IMG/VR virus record: IMGVR_UViG_3300042898_001429
Span: 30,523 to 94,522 of that record
Reading direction: 5' to 3' (one strand)
Source of the DNA: a virus
Length of the DNA: 64,000 nt
Shown here: in pieces, positions 1-10,320 of the stretch
Layout of the letters: the number at the start of each line of letters is the position of its first letter
Numbering within the stretch: position 1 is the stretch's first letter
Program-made: the position numbers and the translations under genes
Notes under the pieces: model-generated
Databases searched by the model: none
The model's input: only the letters and a program-made list of their open reading frames with translations
Told to the model about the DNA's origin: nothing

Positions 1-571
1 CAGAAACAGTAGAAGTAATTGCACCTGTGTAACGAAGGTTAAAACGTTGCCCAGATGTTCCGTTGCTATAAGTGTTGCGAGTAACTGTTTGCACAGGAGA
101 TTCACTGTCTTCGTAAATACCTTCACCAACTTGTACAACAACTGAGGTAGCCGATGGACCCATGCTTGCTGATGCTGTAGTAGTGAAATAAACAACAGGC
201 AAGTTATCGGTTGCTGAAGCAATAAAACCCGTGTTGATGGGGATAATAATTGTGTCAGAATGCGTTGGGTTAGTTGCTGCAATAGTAACTGTACCCGTTG
301 ACGCTGTCTGAGATGCGGGTCGGTAATCAAAAAGGTTTGCTAAGGCTAAAATACTAGACTTATTATTAGCAGTGCCTATATAAGTTTCGGCTGCCGCACG
401 GTCCACGTAGTAGTGAAGGATATCTCCCATATACGCCCAAAGGTCTACAAAGACCATTCCGAAGTCAGATGAGTTTCTATTTGACCACTCTGGGAGTACA
501 GCAGATGCACGGTCTAAAAGGTCTTGGCGAATAGACAGGTAATCCCTGCTTGTGTAATCAAAACTAGGCAT
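1..571 (-). CDS. Baseplate wedge / baseplate J-like (T4 gp6-like) protein, truncated by window edge
   Basis: Manual translation from ATG at 571: MPSFDYTSRDYLSIRQDLLDRASAVLPEWSNRNSSDFGMVFVDLWAYMGDILHYYVDRAAAETYI..., the typical N-terminus of gp6/baseplate-J proteins; follows the gp25-like gene. Confidence 0.85.
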   Translation of the reverse strand, partial: MPSFDYTSRDYLSIRQDLLDRASAVLPEWSNRNSSDFGMVFVDLWAYMGDILHYYVDRAAAETYIGTANNKSSILALANLFDYRPASQTASTGTVTIAATNPTHSDTIIIPINTGFIASATDNLPVVYFTTTASASMGPSATSVVVQVGEGIYEDSESPVQTVTRNTYSNGTSGQRFNLRYTGAITSTVS

Positions 572-572
572 T

Positions 573-980
573 TTAGAACCCTCCGTTAGTCGTGGTATTA
601 GATATATTAAAGGTTACTACTGAAGAGTTGTACGGGGGTACCACATATTTTACTGAAATAGAGACCGTTGTGTCATACGTATTTCCAGAAAGTAACTCAT
701 TTGGAACACCTATCTGGACGTCAGTAACTCTTCCAAAGGGAAGGTTGGCATTTAAATCGGCTATAGCATCCATACGGTATTCAGCAAATACCAGTGGGTC
801 AGGCTCTTCAAACAAAAGGTTTCTAATGTTTGCCCCGTACTTGGGTTCCATTACCCGTTCCCCAGGGCTAGTCGTCAAGATATCAATTATGTTTTGTTCC
901 ATGATGGCGTCCAGAGACGAGGTTGTAGATATAGCGCCCGTATCGGAAGTAAAAGAAAATGGGATTGAAATAGATTTCAT
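573..980 (-). CDS. Baseplate wedge subunit, GPW/gp25 family
   Basis: ILTTSPGERVMEPKYGANIRNLLFE signature. Confidence 0.9.
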   Translation of the reverse strand: MKSISIPFSFTSDTGAISTTSSLDAIMEQNIIDILTTSPGERVMEPKYGANIRNLLFEEPDPLVFAEYRMDAIADLNANLPFGRVTDVQIGVPNELLSGNTYDTTVSISVKYVVPPYNSSVVTFNISNTTTNGGF

Positions 981-990
981 TGGTTAGTCC

Positions 991-2163
991 TTACACATAA
1001 ACATCAGAATAGTCTTTAGATGACACCCATGCATTATTGATAAGTGCTGGGTCTGGAGGGGTTTTATGTGCCACAGATACTTGCTGGGCATCATCCGTAT
1101 TCCCCAAAGAATCACGAGCAAGTTCAAGGTACGTGACCATATACGATTGTGTTAATTCATGGCGTACTGACACCACATACCAAAACCCATCAAACTCAGA
1201 GTTATATTCATTAATGTTAACAATGCCCCCAGGGTGAATACTTGGGTCAGCAACAATTTGAAGATTGGCAGTCATTGGAAATTTCTTCCTAAGAGCGCCA
1301 GTAACTAAGGACTTACCCATGTCATATGAATCCACATTGGTATTTAAAACATTAGTAAACCTAGACTTAACAGCAGTTGCTAAACCAGAAGATTGAAACT
1401 CTGTACCATTCTCCACTGAAAGTAGTTTTCCTGTTTTATCTAGTAGGTGTAATGTGTCGGGTGTTCTAGCCCCATCAGGAGTAATTGCTCCAATACGTCC
1501 CTCAAAGTTAAGGATTTGACCAGGCTGAGGGCTGACATCCCCCTTACTACCTCGTATGGTGAGAAGCATAGAATATGAAATATTACGGTACAAAGAACTA
1601 AACGGGTCCCAGATTTGAAGATGAGTCCCATCCATAACAGTGGAGTACCCCAACTTTTTAGCGGTACTTACTAAAAATTCCCAATCAGATTGGCTGGACT
1701 GCACCAAGCGTGTAAACCTAAAAGGGTTGTTTGGCACAGAGAATGAAAAAGAATACTTGTCAGCGATAGAACTTGCTATCTCAGCAATTGTCTTAGATTC
1801 CCAAACACGAGAAGTCAATGACTTCATAATATAACTAGAACCAAAACAATGAACAGTTGTTATTTGAAATGGACTTCCATTTACAACTCCATCTTTTGCT
1901 CTAGCCATTGGCTCTAAGTAAACAATATAGCCATAAAAGTAAAAAGTAGAACGTTCTCTAAGTTCAATACTAAATTTTATAGGGACATCAATATACTGAT
2001 GTATTAATTGCGGGTCCATACCAATAAAGTTCAAAGAAGCAACAGTGTGCATTCCTTCTTTTTCTTCAACTGTAATTTCTTGCAGGGTTAAATAATTGAC
2101 AGGGACATTGTCAATTGCAACTTCTACACTAGGAGACAGTGGTGATGAACTTTTGAAAATCAT
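991..2163 (-). CDS. Baseplate hub (T4 gp27 / P2 gpD / VgrG N-terminal-like)
   Basis: QSSQSDWEFLVSTAKKLGY and FDGFWYVVSVRHEL motifs; position in the baseplate cluster. Confidence 0.8.
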   Translation of the reverse strand: MIFKSSSPLSPSVEVAIDNVPVNYLTLQEITVEEKEGMHTVASLNFIGMDPQLIHQYIDVPIKFSIELRERSTFYFYGYIVYLEPMARAKDGVVNGSPFQITTVHCFGSSYIMKSLTSRVWESKTIAEIASSIADKYSFSFSVPNNPFRFTRLVQSSQSDWEFLVSTAKKLGYSTVMDGTHLQIWDPFSSLYRNISYSMLLTIRGSKGDVSPQPGQILNFEGRIGAITPDGARTPDTLHLLDKTGKLLSVENGTEFQSSGLATAVKSRFTNVLNTNVDSYDMGKSLVTGALRKKFPMTANLQIVADPSIHPGGIVNINEYNSEFDGFWYVVSVRHELTQSYMVTYLELARDSLGNTDDAQQVSVAHKTPPDPALINNAWVSSKDYSDVYV

Positions 2164-2417
2164 TTCAAAGGAATCCTAATTACACTGCCCATAGGGATTA
2201 CATCTGGGTAACCCAAGGACTTATTAACGTCTGCAAGTTTCCAGTACATAGATGGGTTGTTTAAATAGCGATTTGCTAAAGACTGAAAGGTTTCCCCTTG
2301 GTCTGAAATAACTGTGTAATATGATGAACTAGTAAATTCAGTACTAGTAGCAATTACGTTAGTAATTCCATTGCGTGTTTCTGTGCTTTCAGAATAGCGA
2401 GAACCTTTGATAATCAT
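2160..2417 (-). CDS. LysM / P2 gpX-like baseplate protein
   Basis: GETFQSLANRYLNNPSMYWKLADVN...GSVIRIP. Confidence 0.8.
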   Translation of the reverse strand: MIIKGSRYSESTETRNGITNVIATSTEFTSSSYYTVISDQGETFQSLANRYLNNPSMYWKLADVNKSLGYPDVIPMGSVIRIPLK

Positions 2418-4078
2418 TATCTATCCTTCCAATTAACAGTCGGTGCTGGGTTTTTTGGAAATTTAAAGATAGTTCCACGAGCATGGAACACTAACCACTG
2501 CGCAAAAGACGAGATAGTAACAGGTTCTGTAAATGTTCTTGTAACAACTTGTGTTCCTGAACTTGTAGTACAAGTTACATTAACAATATGTGTTATGGTT
2601 ACTTTTACAGGATTAATAGCATTTGTCATAGTTTTTGCAAAAGATTGCTGGTCAATATTAAAAGGAACAGCATAGTATTTATGTTTACGTGCAGAAGCCT
2701 TAGTAGTTGCTTTGTTAGTTTCAGTAGCCACTTCTGTGGTTGTCAATTGCTTGGATTTACTATCAGTAAGGTACGTTATATTTCCTTGCGCTAACACTTT
2801 TGTTTGTTGGTTTGGAAGCATTTCTTCCATTACAAACTTGCCACTAAAGTCCCATGTAATTTCACCGTCTGCTATCTTCTTAGCCGCTGCTGGGGAGACC
2901 CAAGATTTAATAGAACCTTCAAATTGTAAGTTTGCCCAGTCTGCACCAACTACAGCAGTGCCATCATTATAAAAATCAGCAAAAGTAGAATAGTTTGTAA
3001 TATTTCTTATTAGTTGACCAGTTATTTCTTTATACAGGCTTGGGCTAGAATACTCAAAGTTAATTCCATATTTAGCAATGTCATCAGCAGCAGCCGCAGT
3101 TGAACCATCAATGCGGGCTTGCGCTTCCATATCTTTAACAGCAGTCTTTAAAGAAGTTGTTAGGTATGCTTCTTCTTTGGCAAAGCCAATGTACAAAGCA
3201 CGGATTTGCAATGAAACTTTACAGATGGTTGGTACATAGTTTTTACTAAACTTTACAAATTGAACACTAGATGTTTCAACAAAACCTTCAACCATAAACA
3301 TGGAAGAGAATACTATGCGAATAGGTAGGGGGCTAAGGAACGCAGCATTTCCATAATTCTTTTCAATGTTTGTTTCAAAGCCTTTATCATTAAACCCAAC
3401 ACTTGCCCCAGTACCATTGGCTGCATAAGACTTTGACACATTAGATGCGTTTTTCCAATAAGTGCTAAGGAAGTCTTTCATGTCAGGCGTTATAGACTGC
3501 CCAATAATTGAATCTAAGATGTACATGTCTGCAAGCACACCAAGGCTTGCTACGTCACCCCAGTTGGTGTTTGACCCATAATTGTCAAGGGATTTTGTTA
3601 AGGGGTTGGCAGTATCTGTAGCAAAGCCGCCATTACTAATTTGGTCTGTTGCGTACATTGCAGAAACTACTTCAGCCTCACGGTTAAATAGCAACTCAAA
3701 TGAAAATGCCGCAGTTCCAGCAATAGGTTGATACAACTGTGCAGGGTCTTGAAGCAATGGGTTAGCAACCATAGAGTTCATAGAGACTGTTCGGTCAATT
3801 GTTTCAGGGTTAAATTGAAAGAATAACCTACGTTGTTTAACTTTAGAAGCAGATGTATTAGGTGTGTTACCCAAAACAGCAGGGTAGATACCACGGATAA
3901 AACCACGTTGAAAACGGGTATCTACTACTTGCTTACCCCTAATAGGGTTATAGATATCAGGCTGTACAGGTCTAGGCCAAATAAAGTTAGGGTTGTCATC
4001 GGGTTGTCTTTTAAGACTTTTGCCAATTTCATAACCTTTTCCAAAATTAAAAAACTGGTTAGATGCGTAACTTTCCAT
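2417..4078 (-). CDS. Tail tube initiator / baseplate protein with C-terminal extension
   Basis: FQFNPETI motif; lies between tape measure and LysM gene. Confidence 0.6.
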   Translation of the reverse strand: MESYASNQFFNFGKGYEIGKSLKRQPDDNPNFIWPRPVQPDIYNPIRGKQVVDTRFQRGFIRGIYPAVLGNTPNTSASKVKQRRLFFQFNPETIDRTVSMNSMVANPLLQDPAQLYQPIAGTAAFSFELLFNREAEVVSAMYATDQISNGGFATDTANPLTKSLDNYGSNTNWGDVASLGVLADMYILDSIIGQSITPDMKDFLSTYWKNASNVSKSYAANGTGASVGFNDKGFETNIEKNYGNAAFLSPLPIRIVFSSMFMVEGFVETSSVQFVKFSKNYVPTICKVSLQIRALYIGFAKEEAYLTTSLKTAVKDMEAQARIDGSTAAAADDIAKYGINFEYSSPSLYKEITGQLIRNITNYSTFADFYNDGTAVVGADWANLQFEGSIKSWVSPAAAKKIADGEITWDFSGKFVMEEMLPNQQTKVLAQGNITYLTDSKSKQLTTTEVATETNKATTKASARKHKYYAVPFNIDQQSFAKTMTNAINPVKVTITHIVNVTCTTSSGTQVVTRTFTEPVTISSFAQWLVFHARGTIFKFPKNPAPTVNWKDR

Positions 4079-6504
4079 TACACCGTCCTCATCATTGTCA
4101 TGCGTAATTCTCTTTCCAGAAGGTTTGCTACATCTTTAGCCATCTTTTGAATATCAAAAGAACCATTTCCAGAAGACTGAATATTAAAACTAGGAGACAC
4201 CGTAATGTTATAAGAGTTTGAGGATGCTGTAGACGACCCCATGCTTAAAGGACCTTTGGTAACAGGGTCTCCACCAGCAGAGGCTTTGGGGTAAGACGCT
4301 GAGGGGTTAGTTGCATTTTGAGTACCGCTGGATGCGTACACGCTTCCGCTTCCAATAACCTCTCCCATACTCATTCCTGAATACATAAAAGATTGGGAAG
4401 ATGTCAAAGATGCACTAGAGACAGAACCTCTAGCACCACTCTTAGATACAGATGAACTAGATATTTCACTAGAGGAACCACCAGTTCCTGGAACTGGGGA
4501 CACTCCAGACGTTACAGATGTACCAGTAGGTGACTCTGAAATACCTTGGCTTCCCGAGTATTCATTTCTACCAAAAGGTATACCAGCGGGTTGTACGTGG
4601 AATGGTTCGTCAGTCTGCGCTCCAGGTTGCGTAGCACCTGTTACCAGTCCAAAGTTAGCAGCGTTGGCACGAATCCATTCATTCTCGGACTGACTCAAGT
4701 CAGCCGCAAGACCAATCTCATGCATGGACTGCCCAGGGGGTGCCATTGGAGGACCGTTTTCCCCATGCTTGTCATATACCCAAACTTCACCATTCCAGAT
4801 GCGGTCAGCATCCTTTGTTTTCTGAGTAACTCCAGCAGGGGCTTTGCTATAACGTTTACGAAACGAGGAGTCCTGACGGGCGCTACTACGCTTTGCATCA
4901 CCAATCTCTAACTTAGGATTAGCAAGAAGCATCTTTTTAAGAGGTTCACGAAGTTTAGGGTCTAGTTGAGAAAGTTTAGATTTGTTATTAGCACTAAGTT
5001 TTGTTTCAGTTGTTTCGCCAGTCGTGGCGTCCCCACCCAGTTCATTGTTAGTACGAACACCCCATACACCACGGCGTTTACGAACAAGACCATCTGACGG
5101 GTCACCACCAGCCATCAAACCCGCTCCACCAAGAGCAAGAAGAGGGTTGCCAGTTGCCACCCCACCAACCACCATGGCTGCTCCACCAATTTTCTTACCT
5201 ATATTAAAAGCAGACCCAAAAACACCACGATGGGCTTTGGTAGAAATACCAGCGCCTGCAATACCAGACAGTTTTTCTTCAAACATCCCCAATGCTTTTG
5301 TTGCCGCTTGAGTCATCTTTTCAAATGTGGCAAAGTTATCCGCTTGGCGTTTGTAGAAGTTTTCTTCACGGTTGGCTTGAACCCTTGTAGTTTCTTCAGC
5401 CTGGTTAGCGTAGTTTCCTTCAACACCCATTAACTCACGTTGGGATTTTTTAGAAGGGTCATAAAACCCTTTTCCACCTTTTTTCTGGTACGCAATATTT
5501 TGTTGAGCGTACTGTAACAAAAGGTCTTGTTGGTCTTCAGCAAGACCAGACATGCTTAAACGAGAACGGGTCATAGAACCTTGTTGAAACGCTCCTGCAA
5601 GCATCTTTTCGTCGCCAAGACCAGTCCTCTTAATGATGTCTTGGTACACTTCTTGTTGGGTGCGTTGCTTTCCACCGATGCCATACATACCAGTACCAAG
5701 CATCATAAACATCTGGTTAGTGGATTGTGGACCAGCCAAAGACCTAGTCATTCCAGCAAGTTGGTCAGTATCATAGGCGTAGCCAGAAGCAGCCCTCATA
5801 GCCTCAATAGAACCTGCTTGCTTTTGAGCATTAAGACCAGTGCTTGCTTGCAACCCAAGCAAGGTATTGATTCCACCCATTCCCAATTTGTATTTTTGGA
5901 GTGGTTCCCGATATTGGTGGTAAACCTGATTTTGGCTAAGTCCAGTAGTCTGCTGGTACAGCATGTTCATGCGGTCAGCACTTAAACTATATGATGCTCC
6001 TCGTGCTGCACGTGCGTCCATTGACCCAAGCAAGTCCCCAGCAAGGCTTGCGGCAGCCATAAATGCATCTTTTTTTGTAGGGACTCTAGGTCCTCCACCA
6101 GCCGCTCCAGCCGCCGCAGATGGGGCTTCATAGTAGTTAACGGTTTGGCTGGACTGTACGACATTGCCAGAACCGACATTCGTGCCACCAGTGAGTGCAC
6201 CAGCCGCTGGAAGGTAGGAACCAGCAGTACCACCTTGGGCACTTCCAATTGCCTTCATGTTCTTGGCTACTTTGCCAAGTTCAGTTGCCCACTTCTTTGT
6301 GTCAGCAATAAGGGTAGGAAGGTCTTGTTTGAATTTAGTTACATGTCCACTAAGGGACTTAAACTCTTTATTTAATTCTTTGAAGGCAGAGGAATCAATA
6401 GCGGCTTGAGAGTTGACGCTGACCTTACCAACGGCTTTACCAGCCTCTGCGCCACCACCATCATCAAATGTGCTTCCCCCGATAGGGGACTCTATGTTTG
6501 CCAT
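4078..6504 (-). CDS. Tape measure protein with C-terminal M15 (VanY-like) Zn peptidase domain
   Basis: Ala/Gly-rich helical 808 aa; RS..Q, SMHEIGLAAD and EPFHVQ match M15 SxHxxGxAxD/ExxH motifs. Confidence 0.8.
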   Translation of the reverse strand: MANIESPIGGSTFDDGGGAEAGKAVGKVSVNSQAAIDSSAFKELNKEFKSLSGHVTKFKQDLPTLIADTKKWATELGKVAKNMKAIGSAQGGTAGSYLPAAGALTGGTNVGSGNVVQSSQTVNYYEAPSAAAGAAGGGPRVPTKKDAFMAAASLAGDLLGSMDARAARGASYSLSADRMNMLYQQTTGLSQNQVYHQYREPLQKYKLGMGGINTLLGLQASTGLNAQKQAGSIEAMRAASGYAYDTDQLAGMTRSLAGPQSTNQMFMMLGTGMYGIGGKQRTQQEVYQDIIKRTGLGDEKMLAGAFQQGSMTRSRLSMSGLAEDQQDLLLQYAQQNIAYQKKGGKGFYDPSKKSQRELMGVEGNYANQAEETTRVQANREENFYKRQADNFATFEKMTQAATKALGMFEEKLSGIAGAGISTKAHRGVFGSAFNIGKKIGGAAMVVGGVATGNPLLALGGAGLMAGGDPSDGLVRKRRGVWGVRTNNELGGDATTGETTETKLSANNKSKLSQLDPKLREPLKKMLLANPKLEIGDAKRSSARQDSSFRKRYSKAPAGVTQKTKDADRIWNGEVWVYDKHGENGPPMAPPGQSMHEIGLAADLSQSENEWIRANAANFGLVTGATQPGAQTDEPFHVQPAGIPFGRNEYSGSQGISESPTGTSVTSGVSPVPGTGGSSSEISSSSVSKSGARGSVSSASLTSSQSFMYSGMSMGEVIGSGSVYASSGTQNATNPSASYPKASAGGDPVTKGPLSMGSSTASSNSYNITVSPSFNIQSSGNGSFDIQKMAKDVANLLERELRMTMMRTV

Positions 6505-6506
6505 AC

Positions 6507-6659
6507 TTAGCCCTTAGAACTTCGCCAACGAGCCATTGAATACCAATATGCACGTTGACGTACTGTCATATATTTTAGGTCATTTAGACCGAACCCATGG
6601 TAGACAGTGGCTATTGACTCGTATTCCAAATAGGTGATTTGTAGGTTAACCAAATAAAA
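6507..6659 (-). CDS. Tail assembly chaperone downstream module (gp51/gpT-like), probably reached by frameshift
   Basis: Open +1 frame ...EYESIATVYHGFGLNDLKYMTVRQRAYWYSMARWRSSKG*, with no upstream ATG; not in the ORF track. Confidence 0.6.
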   Translation of the reverse strand, partial: FYLVNLQITYLEYESIATVYHGFGLNDLKYMTVRQRAYWYSMARWRSSKG

Positions 6660-7434
6660 GGGAGACCCAGTCCATGAGAAGGGTTAGTTCCTCATTGCAA
6701 ACGCCGCACTGAGTTTTCACCTCCCCCATTCTTGGACCTGGGGGGTCAGTGGTTAGCGACTTTACCAACTTACTTCTATCACCAAGATTCAGGGCTAATG
6801 CCCAGTCCTCTAAGTTCTCTGGCCTTGTTGCTCCGTCCCAGACGGTACAACGTGCCAACATCAACGTATTTTGCTCTGCGGTAGTCTTACCTTTTTTTGC
6901 AACATACAAACTATCTGAACCAGTCGGATAATTTAGTTTTACCTTTAACCCATTTTTAAGGGTAACTTCCATAGGAGTATGGAAGTCCTTATCGGCATTT
7001 TGGATTTGAAAATCCTCGTCTAGTTGGATAGTTATAAAGTTTGTACCTTCACAACTTCCACAAGTAACTTCTAGTTCTCGTGCCCGTCCATAGGTTGCTT
7101 TAATTGTTCCAAGAAACAGAAGGTCACGGTCACCAATCATTAACTGGTCTACCAGCAATGGGGTTTCCTGAATATCTATATCTCCAATTGAAAGCACAGA
7201 ACGGGACAAAAGAACCGACATATATTCAGCATATGACAGTTCCTTTTTGGAAGAAGCAGAAGCAATAAACTCCTCGTCTTCCCCATTTAGTTCACGAACA
7301 ACTGCTTTTGTTTGCCATTCCCCTGTTTCATAATTAAGCAAACCTCGCAAAAGGTCTACATGTACGTTAGGTACATCATTAATTTGTGGAACAGAGTCAG
7401 CAATTACAGCATTGGCTCCATTATCATTTGACAT
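6646..7434 (-). CDS. Tail assembly chaperone / baseplate hub assembly protein (T4 gp26-like, CxxC pairs)
   Basis: VRELNGEDEE, GDRDLLFL, CGSC and CGVC motifs; between tube and tape measure. Confidence 0.7.
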   Translation of the reverse strand: MSNDNGANAVIADSVPQINDVPNVHVDLLRGLLNYETGEWQTKAVVRELNGEDEEFIASASSKKELSYAEYMSVLLSRSVLSIGDIDIQETPLLVDQLMIGDRDLLFLGTIKATYGRARELEVTCGSCEGTNFITIQLDEDFQIQNADKDFHTPMEVTLKNGLKVKLNYPTGSDSLYVAKKGKTTAEQNTLMLARCTVWDGATRPENLEDWALALNLGDRSKLVKSLTTDPPGPRMGEVKTQCGVCNEELTLLMDWVSLLFG

Positions 7435-7460
7435 TTTATATTCCTTTTAAGTTGTTTTTT

Positions 7461-8081
7461 TTATTTTGCGCCAGGAAGTGCGGCAATGTCTGCTGGCGTC
7501 CAAGCCAGAATCCATCCTTCGTTATGAAGTACCATTTCCTGAATCATGATGTTGTTGTCACCAGCATTGAGACCGCCCATTGCAAAAGCACCAGGCCAGC
7601 AGTTGAACAACTTAATGCCCAACTTAGGGGTTCCAATAAAGGTGGTCTTTGTTCCTGTTTCAACGCTGTCATTGTATGACGCATTGGAGTGTGGGTGGTC
7701 ATAAACTTTAACCACAACGTCACAACGGTAATCAGAACCGCCTACAGAACCTGGAACACCAGACTGCCAGTTATGGATGAAGCGTTGCCACTTCCACAGT
7801 TGGTCTTGACCTTCAATCACACCACGTGAGAAAGTTACAGGGTCAAAGTCTGTCTGACCAACCATCTTGTGTGGGTGAGTGTTCATTCCACCTTCACGGT
7901 ATGGAATCATTTCATTACGAACCGACAATCCTGACATAGCAGCAAAGCCAATGTTTCCAATACCTGGGGCATACTGTCCCAAGTTAATTGTGTTTGGCGC
8001 ACCAGCGTTGTTCTGGTCCAGTGGGTAAAACTGAACTTCAAACTTAAAGTTACGGATTGGGTCTGTTCTAACGATAGGCAT
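7461..8081 (-). CDS. Tail tube protein (T4 gp19-like)
   Basis: DPIRNFKFEV, GFAAMSGLS, YREGG, FNCWP motifs. Confidence 0.92.
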   Translation of the reverse strand: MPIVRTDPIRNFKFEVQFYPLDQNNAGAPNTINLGQYAPGIGNIGFAAMSGLSVRNEMIPYREGGMNTHPHKMVGQTDFDPVTFSRGVIEGQDQLWKWQRFIHNWQSGVPGSVGGSDYRCDVVVKVYDHPHSNASYNDSVETGTKTTFIGTPKLGIKLFNCWPGAFAMGGLNAGDNNIMIQEMVLHNEGWILAWTPADIAALPGAK

Positions 8082-8091
8082 TAGTTACTCC

Positions 8092-9603
8092 TTAGAGGTT
8101 TTCTCGTACGTTGTTACCGCCAACGAATTGGCTGATATTGATTACAATGAATTCGGCAGGGGCTTGTAAAGACACTCCAATTTCAATGTGAACTTCACCT
8201 TGTTCAATTGTGCTATTTGTGTTGTTTGTAGCATCACAAACAATATAGTAAGCATCAGCCGCACTGCGTCCTTTAAGGCCACCCTGTGACCAGAAACTGG
8301 ACAAGAAGTTGGATATACGTGCACTAATTTCTGACCACAAGCGCTCACCGTTTGGCTCAAACACAGCAGATTGTGTAAGTGCATCAACGTTTGCTTTGAT
8401 GAAGTTAAGGCTACGACGGACTGGAACATACTTAGTGATGTCAGTCTTTTTAAGAGTACGAGCACCATTAACGATAACTCCAGCACCAGGAATTGCTTTC
8501 ATGGTGTTGACATTCAATGCATAAAGGTTTCCAATGTCGGATTCTGTAAAGGTTGTGGTAAGACCGAAGCAATTACGAACGTCATACCCATAACCAGCAG
8601 GGGCCTTAGAAACTCCACGCTCGGTATCAACACGGGTATACAATCCAGCAATTGCTCCACCAGGGTAGGTGGTGCGAAGTGCAGCGGTTCCCGAAGTTGC
8701 TGGGTTTGACATTTCCAACATTGGGTAATACACAGCAGCATATGATGAAATGCTATAAGCACTAATGGTGCTTGTAATGGTATTAACGGAAGTTGCAGTA
8801 CTGAGTGGGTCAATAATCAAGAATGAGTTTCCACGATTTTCAACGTAGTTAATTGCACTGTTAATAATTGTTGAGTTTGACTTACCTACAAGGTTAAACA
8901 ATAACTGACCATTAATAGTATTAAAACTGTTAAGGGTTGTAGACCATGCAAGTTGCGTGGCAGCCGAAGTGTCATCTGTAAGACTTTCACCATCGGCACC
9001 CGTTGAAGGGGTCAATGTAGCGTTAGTTACAATATAAGTTGCTCCAGTAAAGTTCTGAAGGTTGGATACTGAAAGGTATGAAGAGTAGTTATTTATAACA
9101 GTTGGGGCATACCGAGAGTCATCTGGGTTCAAACTTAGTTCTGACCAGCGCTCAACTTCTCCGCCGTTATAAACAGCAACAACATTAAAAGTTGGAGTAT
9201 TACCAGCAACTAAGCCAGCGGTAATTGTTACTGAAAGACTATTTCCCCATGTACCAACATTTTTAGCATTTAGTTTAAACAATGTTGTTCCAGCGGAACC
9301 ATTAAATGTTCCTGTAACGTTAACCGTAGCGGGAGTAGCACTAGCGCCTACAACACGAGCAACATAAGCGGTGCGACCACCATTTGCAAAGAAATGGTAA
9401 ACCGAATAGCCTAATTCGTAAGCACTTGAAACATCTCCAAATTGGGCTTTGAATGAGTTCCATGAATCAACAGCCACTGGACTAGTTGGTCCACGAAGTG
9501 CCGTGCCGAGAAAAGCGGCGGCAGTGGTAGTTGGTCCAGTGGCAACCGAGGTCGCAAAAGGACTCTCAGTTACGTAAACACCTGGACTGTTGTATTGGGC
9601 CAT
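8092..9603 (-). CDS. Tail sheath protein
   Basis: SPGVYVTE, FFANGG, GVSKAPAG, YVPVRR, VFEPN, PAEFIVI. Confidence 0.95.
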   Translation of the reverse strand: MAQYNSPGVYVTESPFATSVATGPTTTAAAFLGTALRGPTSPVAVDSWNSFKAQFGDVSSAYELGYSVYHFFANGGRTAYVARVVGASATPATVNVTGTFNGSAGTTLFKLNAKNVGTWGNSLSVTITAGLVAGNTPTFNVVAVYNGGEVERWSELSLNPDDSRYAPTVINNYSSYLSVSNLQNFTGATYIVTNATLTPSTGADGESLTDDTSAATQLAWSTTLNSFNTINGQLLFNLVGKSNSTIINSAINYVENRGNSFLIIDPLSTATSVNTITSTISAYSISSYAAVYYPMLEMSNPATSGTAALRTTYPGGAIAGLYTRVDTERGVSKAPAGYGYDVRNCFGLTTTFTESDIGNLYALNVNTMKAIPGAGVIVNGARTLKKTDITKYVPVRRSLNFIKANVDALTQSAVFEPNGERLWSEISARISNFLSSFWSQGGLKGRSAADAYYIVCDATNNTNSTIEQGEVHIEIGVSLQAPAEFIVINISQFVGGNNVRENL

Positions 9604-9648
9604 TATAAACTCCTATAGGAAAAGGTAGACGGGGGGAACATTTGGAAG

Positions 9649-10320
9649 TCAGTAATCAATAGTAGCCTTAACTGAAAGGACTTGCTGAGCACCGTACATA
9701 TCTGATGAGGTCAATTCTGCCCCCATCTGTAACGTGTATATTTTGCGGAAAATCCGCTTACGATAACCAGCCTCGGGGTCAAGGAGGTCGGCTGTCGTCC
9801 AGTCCAACAATTCCAAACGACGGTTGGTACCATCGGCTTCAATATTGATGGATGACTTTCGGAAGGGGAAAATCTTCCTAAGAATTGTTGAGGTCAATTG
9901 ACGGTCATGGAGAGCCGTACGACTAAACGTTGAAATCTGATAAACAAGGTCAACAGGTATAAACTCGTTAGTGTGCAACACTTTAAAGTTATTTTTATTA
10001 GTAAAGTTTGACAAATCAGAAGACTCACTGGGCCAGTACGTTACTGCATCAGGTCGTTTTTCCCAGCCCGCAGGGGCACTTGCCCCACCAGCAGTATTGA
10101 AGTAAACCAATTCAGTTTCTGAATGCTGGCGGTTACGGGCATGTACCAAGTCAATCATTTCAATAGTAATGAAAGGGTACGTACGTTCGGTTTCACCTTC
10201 TGGGTAACGAAAGAACACTTGAACTGGACGAGCCACGTCCCTGTCATCATATACATGCAGATTGTTTAAAGCCTTCTTGATGGCTTCATCTTCGGCAAGA
10301 AGGAACCCAGCCCGAGCCAT
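9649..10320 (-). CDS. Tail completion / sheath terminator protein
   Basis: YPFITIEMID and PVDLVYQIS motifs; upstream of sheath. Confidence 0.55.
   Translation of the reverse strand: MARAGFLLAEDEAIKKALNNLHVYDDRDVARPVQVFFRYPEGETERTYPFITIEMIDLVHARNRQHSETELVYFNTAGGASAPAGWEKRPDAVTYWPSESSDLSNFTNKNNFKVLHTNEFIPVDLVYQISTFSRTALHDRQLTSTILRKIFPFRKSSINIEADGTNRRLELLDWTTADLLDPEAGYRKRIFRKIYTLQMGAELTSSDMYGAQQVLSVKATIDY

Noticed and set aside
1-10320. Extracellular contractile injection system / tailocin
   Set aside because: Capsid, scaffold, portal and terminase are present, so this is a phage tail
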